A DNA stretch of 33,624 nt from Bacilli bacterium (lineage in GTDB: Bacteria; Bacillota_I; Bacilli_A; RF39; UBA660): positions 1 through 33,624 of the forward strand of contig JAFTYN010000143.1 in NCBI GenBank assembly GCA_017461465.1. Reading direction: 5' to 3'. Position 1 is the first letter of the stretch. Each line of letters starts with the position of its first letter. A program made the position numbers and the translations under genes. The notes under the pieces were generated by a model. That model did no database searches. It saw nothing but the letters and a program-made list of their open reading frames with translations, and was not told where the DNA came from. Positions 17,207 through 24,184 of this stretch are shown here, one piece after another.

Positions 17207-17791
17207 ATGAAAAAAATAATACCATTTAAAAAAGAAATACCATTTAATAATATCCATGAGATATTAAGTATTTCTTTAGAGCATAACCTTAAGAAAAATA
17301 CAAATAATTTTATAACAGGAGAATTTGTTATATCAGGAGATTATCGTATGACTGATATAAGTGTTAATACAGAAAATTTTGAATTCAAATTACCTTTTGA
17401 TATTGAATTAGATGAAAAGTATATTATTGATAATGCTGTAATAGATATAGATGATTTTTATTATGAAATATTAAATTCTAATACCCTTGTCATTAATATT
17501 GATGTTTTATTAGATAGAATAGAAGAAAAAGAAGAAGTAATAGAAATAATGCCAAAAATTGAAAAAGTAGAACCTATTAAAGTTGAAGTAGAAGTTCCTG
17601 AAGTAAAAAAAGAAGAAAAAATAATAGATGACAAGGATTTTGTAACATATAAAATATATATTATTAAAGAAGGAGATGGAGTAGAAAATATATTAAAAAA
17701 TTATAATGTATCAAGAGAATTACTAGAAGAATACAATGATTTAAATGATCTTAAAATAGGAGATAAAATTATCATTCCTGTAGATGAATAA
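17207..17791 (+). CDS. spoVID: SpoVID-like sporulation protein with a C-terminal LysM domain
   Basis: The N-terminus (...HEILSISLEHNL...ITGEFVISGDYRM) resembles the SpoVID N-domain. It is followed by an acidic linker and a C-terminal LysM (YKIYIIKEGDGVENILKNYNVSRELLEEYNDLNDLKIGDKIIIP). An overlapping ysxE-like gene follows, as in the B. subtilis spoVID-ysxE operon. Confidence 0.65.
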   Translation: MKKIIPFKKEIPFNNIHEILSISLEHNLKKNTNNFITGEFVISGDYRMTDISVNTENFEFKLPFDIELDEKYIIDNAVIDIDDFYYEILNSNTLVINIDVLLDRIEEKEEVIEIMPKIEKVEPIKVEVEVPEVKKEEKIIDDKDFVTYKIYIIKEGDGVENILKNYNVSRELLEEYNDLNDLKIGDKIIIPVDE

Positions 17792-18674
17792 TATAAACGA
17801 AGTATTAAAAAAATATTCAATAAAGCCTATAAAATATCAAAAAAAGGGTAATACTTTATTATTAGAAACAAAAGAAAATAAATATGTATATAAAGAAAAC
17901 TCGAATAATATAGATATTTATAGTTATTTAAATTCAAGAAGTTTTAATTATTATCCTAAAGTAATTACAGATAAATTAGACTCTTTTGAAATAACAAAAT
18001 ATGAAGAAGAAATAAACATGCCTAAAGAACAAAAGATTTTAGATATGATTTCATTAGTTAGTCTTCTTCATTTTAAAACAAGTTATTTTAAAGAGATAGA
18101 TAATAATGATTATCTAACATTATATGAAGATTTAAACAATAATATAGCGTATTTATATAGTTATTATAGTGATTTAATATCTTTAATTGAATCAAAAATA
18201 TTTATGTCACCATCAGAATATTTACTTGCTAGAAATATCTCAAAAGTATTAATTAGACTAGATATATTAAGTGAGGAAATAAATCTGTGGTTTAATCTTG
18301 TTAAAAACAAAGAAAAATTAAGACAGGTTATATTACATAATAATTTAGATTTAAGTCATTATATAAAAAATACAAATGAATTTTTAATAAGCTGGAATAA
18401 ATCCAAAATAGGGATGCCAATATTTGATTTATATAAATTTTATATAAGAAATACTGAAGTAGATTTAATAGATATATTAGATATATATGAAAGAAATTAT
18501 CCTCTTTTAATAGAGGAAAAAGAATTGTTATTTATTTTAGTTAAAATGCCCTCTATTATAGTACTTGATAAAGATGAATACACAAATACTACTAATGTAA
18601 GAAAGTTTATAGATTACATAGATAAAACAGAAAAACTTATTTTACCAAATAGTCATGATTATAGACCAAACTAA
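17784..18674 (+). CDS. ysxE: CotS/YsxE-family spore-coat protein (kinase-like fold, catalytic motifs apparently degenerate)
   Basis: The N-terminal pattern VLKKYSIKPIKYQKKGNTLLLETKENKYVYKE...YSYLNSRSFNYYPKVI is typical of the CotS family. ILHNNLDLSH and ISWNKSKIGMPIFDLYKF stand where HGDxxxxN and IDFD are expected. It overlaps the spoVID stop by 8 nt. Confidence 0.6.
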   Translation: MNNINEVLKKYSIKPIKYQKKGNTLLLETKENKYVYKENSNNIDIYSYLNSRSFNYYPKVITDKLDSFEITKYEEEINMPKEQKILDMISLVSLLHFKTSYFKEIDNNDYLTLYEDLNNNIAYLYSYYSDLISLIESKIFMSPSEYLLARNISKVLIRLDILSEEINLWFNLVKNKEKLRQVILHNNLDLSHYIKNTNEFLISWNKSKIGMPIFDLYKFYIRNTEVDLIDILDIYERNYPLLIEEKELLFILVKMPSIIVLDKDEYTNTTNVRKFIDYIDKTEKLILPNSHDYRPN

Positions 18675-18821
18675 TATAAGCCAGAAAATAAAACACATAA
18701 AAACATTAAATCTTGTAATTATAAAAAGAGTTAATATTAATTGATAAAATAATAATATTCCAAAAATAAACATAATTATAAGCCACTTACTACCATGAAA
18801 AAAATTTCTATTATTACACAT
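18642..18821 (-). CDS. Candidate unannotated small hydrophobic protein (59 aa, two predicted TM helices)
   Basis: My own translation of the minus strand reads MCNNRNFFHGSKWLIIMFIFGILLFYQLILTLFIITRFNVFMCFIFWLILVWSIIMTIW. AGGTGA lies 4 nt upstream of the ATG. It is one codon too short for the ORF track, and its 3' end overlaps the ysxE 3' end by about 33 nt. Confidence 0.3.
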   Translation of the reverse strand: MCNNRNFFHGSKWLIIMFIFGILLFYQLILTLFIITRFNVFMCFIFWLILVWSIIMTIW

Positions 18822-18865
18822 GTTATCACCTATAATATTATATGTAAGTATTAAATATAGTGAAT

Positions 18866-18898
18866 AAACAATAGATATTTCTATTGTTTTTGCTTTTT
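18866..18898 (+). terminator. Rho-independent terminator with no adjacent + strand CDS
   Basis: AAACAATAGA (18866-18875) pairs with TCTATTGTTT (18880-18889), a 10-bp stem, loop TATT, then TTGCTTTTT. It lies about 190 nt after the ysxE stop. Confidence 0.65.
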
Positions 18899-18941
18899 AA
18901 ATGGTTTATAATATACTATAGAGTAAGAATAGGTGATATAG

Positions 18942-21900
18942 ATGTTAAATAAATTAAAATTAAATCAAAAAGGGCTAGCAATATCAGGTATTTTATATTC
19001 AATACTTGTTTTATTTCTTATACTATTATTTAGTATTCTAGCACTTTTAGCATCAAGTAAATACACTTTTGATAAATTAAAAAATGATGTAATAGATAAA
19101 TTAAGTGAAAATACTGAAACAGAAACTTTATCTAGTTGTTTTACTTTTGATTCATCAACAGGAACAATTCTAGATTATAACGCAGCATCTTCTTCATGTC
19201 CTAAAGCTGTTGTTATACCAGAAACAATAGATGATGTAGCAGTTAAATATATAGGTTCAAAAGCATTTAAGAGTAAAGGCTTAACTAGTGTAGATTTTAG
19301 TCAAGCTATATATTTAAAAGAAATAAAAGGTGGATCATCAGATACTGGTGCTTTCGCATCTAATAGCATTACTAAAGTAAAATTTGGTACACTTTTAAAT
19401 TTTACAACTTTTGGTGGCTATGATTTTTATAATAATCAAATTGCTGGAACTTTAGATTTAAGGGGGTTACCTAATATTAGTAAACTTCCTACTAAAATTT
19501 TTGCAAGTAATAAAATAACAGGAATTGATTTTTCAAATAATAAAAAATTAACAGAAATAGGAAGTGGAGCTTTCTATCAAAATAAATTAGCAGGAGAGTT
19601 AGATTTGACTGCTTTAAAAAAATTAAAAACAATCGGAGAAGGAGCTTTTTCCGCTAGTTACTCTTCTGGATACAATGCTCTTACTTCAGTTAAATTAGAT
19701 GGATTAACTAACTTAACAACAATTAGTAAAACAGCATTTTATAATAATGCTCTAACTGATTTTGATTTTACAAAACTTCCTTCATTAACTACTATTGGTT
19801 CTTTTGCATTTTCTCAAAATAACTTAACTAAAGCAGATTTTAGCAATAATGCTAATTTAACAACAATTAGTGAAGAAGCATTTTATGATAATGCTATAAA
19901 AACATTAACATTCAGAAATAATCTTAAATTAACAAGTATAGGAGAGCAAGCATTTTATTCAAATGCCATTGAAGGGGTATTGGATTTAACAGGTGCTCCT
20001 AATGTATCTTTATCAGCTGCATCTATATTTACTTATAATCAAATAACAGGTGTCAAATATAATGGTACTATATTAGGACAACAAATATTTGCAAGTAATA
20101 ATTTTACATCTATAGATTTTAATTTAATGCCAAATTTAACTGATATATATGCTAGAGCATTTTTATCCAATAATTCTCTAACAACAGTTAATTTAGAAGT
20201 ATTAAAAAGATTAAAAACAATAGGTTCAGGAGCTTTTGGGCACTGTTCACTTACTTCTATAAAGTTTCCTAATACTCTTACTTCAATAGAATCTTATGCA
20301 TTTTATAGTAATGCAATAGAGGGTGTATTAGATTTTTCTAATATAGAAGGGTCATTAACTATTGGTACTTTAAGTTTTTATGATAATTTATTAACTAATG
20401 TCAATTTACCAAGTTCATATACCTTAAATGGTGGAGCTTTTAATAAGAATAATTTTTCAGCTGAAAGAGCTCACTATACCCAAAAGAAAACTCGAACTTT
20501 AGAAGATGGAACTACACATGAATATATAGAATTAGTTAGTTATGCTAGTAATAACGCTGATGAAGTAACAGTTCCAGCAGAAGTAGAATCCATTGGTGAT
20601 TATGCTTACCATGGTGGTGGGATTAAAAAAATAAATTTACATAGTGAAATATTTAAGATTGGAAATTACGCTATAGGTGGTAATGACTTAGGAGATGTAA
20701 TAGATTTATCTGTTTCTCCTAAAATAGAAACTATAGGTACATATGCATTTCAAGGAACTTATAGTTTAGGTTCTTCTGTTTCAAATAGTTCCACAGGTAC
20801 ATCAAGTAATTCTATGAGTTATTATAATCATAGTACAAGTTTTTCAACTTCTATTAGTAATACTTCTGGTTCAGAAGGAAAACAATTAATATTAACAGGT
20901 TTAAATAAATTAGAATCTATTGGAGAACGTGCATTTTATTCAAAAGGAATTTCAACTATAACAGGTTGGGAAGATTTAACTGCGTTAGAAACAATTGGAC
21001 AATATGCTTTCGCTTCTAATTATGTAGCAACTTTAGATTTTTCAGTATTAGCAAGCCTAACATCTATTGGAGACTATGCATTTCAAAATAATACTAAGTT
21101 AACTTCTGTTAATTTTAATGGTGCAACTTCACTAACAAGTATTGGATCATATGCATTTTCTGGTTGTACAGCCTTATCAACAGTAGATTTTACAAATCTA
21201 CCAGCTTTAACTACAATTAACAGTTATGCATTTCAAAATGCTCCTATTACTTCAGATATAGATTTTGCTAATAGTGCGAATTTAAGTTCACTATCAAATT
21301 ATGCATTTTATGGAAATAGGTGTGCGAGAACTATCAATCTTGCCAATACGGCTTTAACTTCAATATCAAGTTATGCATTTCATACAGGAACAACGGGAAA
21401 AACGACTACAGCTAAAATAATTCTTCCTACAAATGCTCAAGTGATTAATGGTCGTGCATTTTATGGGCTTAATGCTAATGAAATAATTTGGTCATCTAAC
21501 ATTAGAACTATAAGTGATTATGCATTTTATTACAATGGTTTAACAGAATTAACTATTCCATCAACAGTTACTACAATAGGAAATTACGCATTCATGAGTA
21601 ATGACTTAGTAACATTAGTTATTCCAAATAATGTTACTAGTATAGCAACGCAAGCTTTTGCAAATAATCAAATAACAAATTTAACATTACCTTCAACAAG
21701 TGTTAGCTATGGTGCAAATGTTTTTGAAAATAATAAGTTGACTACTTTGGATTTATCAGCATCTGGTTTAACTGTGGTAGCATCAGGAATGTTCAAAAAT
21801 AATTTGATTACTAACCTTACTTTAGGAAGTCGCATTACTAATATTAAAACTGAAGCATTTTATGGTAATAGAATGTCTGAAATTACAATTCCTGTAAATG

Positions 21901-22910
21901 TAACGACTATTGGAAATAATGCATTTAAACAAACTGCCTCATATCCTTGGGAAAATGTAATCATTGAATACAATGATACAATAGTAGAGCAACGTTTCGT
22001 TGCTAATTGGAATAAAATTGGTTGGCCAATAGAATTGATGCCTGGTCTTGATGAAATAGAAACTGTTTTATTGACAAACGAACCTAACAATTTTGAATTT
22101 AATGAATTTTTATATGTTGTCAAAGCAGAAACTCCTGGGCAATACAAATTAGAAGTATGGGGAGCACAGGGAGGAACTTATAGTAGTTATAAAGGTGGAA
22201 AAGGTGGATATTCTACAGGAATTTTAAATATTACTGAACCTACAGATATATATATTTACGTAGGTGGACAACCTAGTACTAATAGTACTAGCAGTACGGT
22301 AACTGAAGGTGGATATAATGGTGGAGGAGCAGGAGCAAATAGAATTTACTCTGGTGTATCTACATATGGTCAAGGTGGCGGAGGCGCTACTGATATTAGA
22401 ATCGGTTCAACTTCACTATATGCACGAGTAATTGTTGCCGGTGGTGGTGGTGGCTCTGCTTCTGATTCATCAGAAACTACTAAATTTGGAGGCGGTATTA
22501 CAAGTGGTAGTCCAAGTTCATCTTACACTGCTAACCAAGTTAAAGCAGGTACAGGAGGAAGTTTCGGTCAAGGAGCTGCAGTAACTTCAAGTGGTTTAAA
22601 TTATAAATATAGTTCTGGCGGCGGCGGTGGTGGCTGGTACGGCGGTGGTGCTGCTACTGAGTATACAGATAATGACGAGAATTATAGAGGTTATAATGGC
22701 GGTGGTTCAGGTTGGGTATATACAGAAGAAAACTTTAGTACATGGCAATCAGGAAACGCTACAGATGCTGCTAATTGGTTGTTACCAACAAAATATTATT
22801 TAACTTCAGCTACTACTATTCCAGGTAATGAAGATTTCACATCACCAACTGGCGAAACTGAAACAGGTCATTCTGGTAATGGTTATGCAAGAATAACTTA
22901 TATAGGTTAA
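18942..22910 (+). CDS. Giant surface protein: N-terminal pilin-like/signal-anchor helix, about 35 BspA-type leucine-rich repeats, C-terminal ALK/LTK-like glycine-rich domain
   Basis: 1322-aa ORF with AGGTGA 5 nt before the ATG.
- N-terminus: LNQKGLAISGILYSILVLFLILLFSILALLA.
- Repeats of the form I-G-x-x-A-F-x-x-N-x-L-T-x-[VI]-x-[FL] recur through most of the protein.
- C-terminus: YKLEVWGAQGG...GGYNGGGAG...GGGGATDIRIG...RVIVAGGGGGS...SSGGGGGGWYGGG...YNGGGSGW.
- There is no LPXTG motif. Confidence 0.9.
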   Translation: MLNKLKLNQKGLAISGILYSILVLFLILLFSILALLASSKYTFDKLKNDVIDKLSENTETETLSSCFTFDSSTGTILDYNAASSSCPKAVVIPETIDDVAVKYIGSKAFKSKGLTSVDFSQAIYLKEIKGGSSDTGAFASNSITKVKFGTLLNFTTFGGYDFYNNQIAGTLDLRGLPNISKLPTKIFASNKITGIDFSNNKKLTEIGSGAFYQNKLAGELDLTALKKLKTIGEGAFSASYSSGYNALTSVKLDGLTNLTTISKTAFYNNALTDFDFTKLPSLTTIGSFAFSQNNLTKADFSNNANLTTISEEAFYDNAIKTLTFRNNLKLTSIGEQAFYSNAIEGVLDLTGAPNVSLSAASIFTYNQITGVKYNGTILGQQIFASNNFTSIDFNLMPNLTDIYARAFLSNNSLTTVNLEVLKRLKTIGSGAFGHCSLTSIKFPNTLTSIESYAFYSNAIEGVLDFSNIEGSLTIGTLSFYDNLLTNVNLPSSYTLNGGAFNKNNFSAERAHYTQKKTRTLEDGTTHEYIELVSYASNNADEVTVPAEVESIGDYAYHGGGIKKINLHSEIFKIGNYAIGGNDLGDVIDLSVSPKIETIGTYAFQGTYSLGSSVSNSSTGTSSNSMSYYNHSTSFSTSISNTSGSEGKQLILTGLNKLESIGERAFYSKGISTITGWEDLTALETIGQYAFASNYVATLDFSVLASLTSIGDYAFQNNTKLTSVNFNGATSLTSIGSYAFSGCTALSTVDFTNLPALTTINSYAFQNAPITSDIDFANSANLSSLSNYAFYGNRCARTINLANTALTSISSYAFHTGTTGKTTTAKIILPTNAQVINGRAFYGLNANEIIWSSNIRTISDYAFYYNGLTELTIPSTVTTIGNYAFMSNDLVTLVIPNNVTSIATQAFANNQITNLTLPSTSVSYGANVFENNKLTTLDLSASGLTVVASGMFKNNLITNLTLGSRITNIKTEAFYGNRMSEITIPVNVTTIGNNAFKQTASYPWENVIIEYNDTIVEQRFVANWNKIGWPIELMPGLDEIETVLLTNEPNNFEFNEFLYVVKAETPGQYKLEVWGAQGGTYSSYKGGKGGYSTGILNITEPTDIYIYVGGQPSTNSTSSTVTEGGYNGGGAGANRIYSGVSTYGQGGGGATDIRIGSTSLYARVIVAGGGGGSASDSSETTKFGGGITSGSPSSSYTANQVKAGTGGSFGQGAAVTSSGLNYKYSSGGGGGGWYGGGAATEYTDNDENYRGYNGGGSGWVYTEENFSTWQSGNATDAANWLLPTKYYLTSATTIPGNEDFTSPTGETETGHSGNGYARITYIG
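19240..21960 (+). repeat. Tandem array of degenerate units of about 66-75 nt encoding BspA-type LRRs (inside the 18942..22910 CDS)
   Basis: My manual count gives about 35 IGxxAF-type units. AFYSNAIEGVLDL occurs twice at the protein level, but the two DNA copies have diverged. Confidence 0.8.
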
Positions 22911-22916
22911 TTAATA

Positions 22917-22950
22917 AAAAGTATATAATTTAGTTTATATACTTTTTTTA
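22917..22950 (+). terminator. Rho-independent terminator after the giant gene
   Basis: AAAAGTATATA (22917-22927) pairs with TATATACTTTT (22936-22946), then a T-run. Confidence 0.8.
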
Positions 22951-22991
22951 TTATTTAGTATATAATTAATTTAGAAAGTAGGGAGTTATTT

Positions 22992-23378
22992 ATGCCAAAA
23001 TTTATATGTGATAAATGTAAAAATGAATATACTGGAAATTACTGTCCAACATGTGGTGATAAAAGAACTAAAAAAGATGAAGAAAGAATAACAGATGGTG
23101 AAATATTAGCTGATGTACTTAGTGATGCATCGAAAACAGTAAGTAAAAGTGTTAAAAAGATTAGTAAGAGAGTATTAGTTGGCTCTATATTCTTATTAGT
23201 ATCTTTTGGTCTTTTATTTATGGGAGCATACTATAAATCTAAAGAAAATGATGACTATAAAAATTTGACTTATAAATATGTTGTTAATTCTAATTATTTT
23301 AGTGGTTATATGAGTCTATCAGGTGCATTCTTAATAAGTTCTATTTTAATTTTTGTGTCAGATAAAAAGAAAGACTAA
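22992..23378 (+). CDS. Zinc-ribbon membrane protein (128 aa)
   Basis: N-terminal CDKC...CPTC (CxxC-x(10)-CxxC) zinc ribbon, followed by two hydrophobic helices. Confidence 0.7.
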   Translation: MPKFICDKCKNEYTGNYCPTCGDKRTKKDEERITDGEILADVLSDASKTVSKSVKKISKRVLVGSIFLLVSFGLLFMGAYYKSKENDDYKNLTYKYVVNSNYFSGYMSLSGAFLISSILIFVSDKKKD

Positions 23379-23388
23379 CTTTCTTTTT
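23364..23388. terminator. Hairpin shared by convergent genes, with both stop codons in its loop
   Basis: AAAAAGAAAG (23364-23373) pairs with CTTTCTTTTT (23379-23388). The loop ACTAA contains the TAA of the + gene and the TAG complement of sigK. A T-rich tract follows only on the + strand. Confidence 0.55.
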
Positions 23389-24073
23389 TATTTTTTATAA
23401 ATTCTCTTAAAATTTTAGTGATAGCTCTTTTTTCTATTCTTGATACATAACTTCTCGAAATTCCAAGCTCTTTAGCTATTTCTTTTTGTGTTAGTTCATC
23501 CTTGTCATCTAAACCATATCTTTTAATAAGTATTTCTTTTTCTCTTTTTGTTAAATATTTAAAATAAGTTTTCATAAGTTTAATATTATCTTTCTTATGT
23601 ATATCAAGTGCATAATCAGGTTTAGGAGTTTTTAAAATATCTAAAAGACTTATTTCATTACCTTCTTTATCAAAACCTATAGATTCGTTTATGCTAATAT
23701 TTTTAGAATTTTTTTTATCACCCCTATAAAACATTAATATTTCATTTTCAATACATCTTGCTACATAAGTAGTAAGCTTTATTCCCTTATTTGTTTTATA
23801 TGAATCAATACCTTTAATTAGACCAATCGTTCCAATACTAATTAAATCATCTATATCTTCTTTATTGGTATCATACTTTTTAACTATATGTGCTACTAAC
23901 CTTAAATTATGTTCTATTAAAATATTTCTAGCATCTTTATCACCACTTAGCATTAACTCAATATATTTTTGTTCATCATCAGTTTCAAGTGGTTCAGGAA
24001 AGATATTATTGGAATAAGATAAAGAAAATAATGAAAAATCTTTAAAGAGTATAGATAATATTTTTTTTAACAT
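23375..24073 (-). CDS. sigK: Sporulation sigma factor SigK, uninterrupted, with an N-terminal pro-sequence
   Basis: SLSYSNNIFPEPLETDDEQKYIELMLSGDKDARNILIEHNLRLVAHIVKKY...DLISIGTIGLIKGIDSY...ARCIENEILM...GISRSYVSRIEKRA closely tracks B. subtilis sigma-K (YVKNNAFPQPL...LIEHNLRLVAHIVKKF). The ATG at 24073 lies 5-6 nt after GAGGTG. The tracked ORF starts at a GTG at 24085. Confidence 0.9.
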   Translation of the reverse strand: MLKKILSILFKDFSLFSLSYSNNIFPEPLETDDEQKYIELMLSGDKDARNILIEHNLRLVAHIVKKYDTNKEDIDDLISIGTIGLIKGIDSYKTNKGIKLTTYVARCIENEILMFYRGDKKNSKNISINESIGFDKEGNEISLLDILKTPKPDYALDIHKKDNIKLMKTYFKYLTKREKEILIKRYGLDDKDELTQKEIAKELGISRSYVSRIEKRAITKILREFIKNKKES

Positions 24074-24184
24074 ATTACACCTCACTAAAATATATGTAAT
24101 TTTTAGTAATTTATTTTGGATTAATATGTTATAATTTATAGTAGATGGTTAAATCATAAGAAGTATAGAAGTAGGAGGGTTATA

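Noticed and set aside
19951-20345. Duplicate AFYSNAIEGVLDL segments in the LRR array as a possible recombination or phase-variation cassette.
   Set aside because: The two DNA copies have diverged substantially (by eye, roughly a quarter of positions differ). They look like an old duplication rather than a substrate for frequent homologous recombination.
22370-22660. GC-rich, G-tract-rich patch that might indicate foreign DNA or a G-quadruplex.
   Set aside because: It is fully explained by runs of GGN glycine codons in frame within the glycine-rich domain. The flanking codon usage is the same as the rest of the gene.
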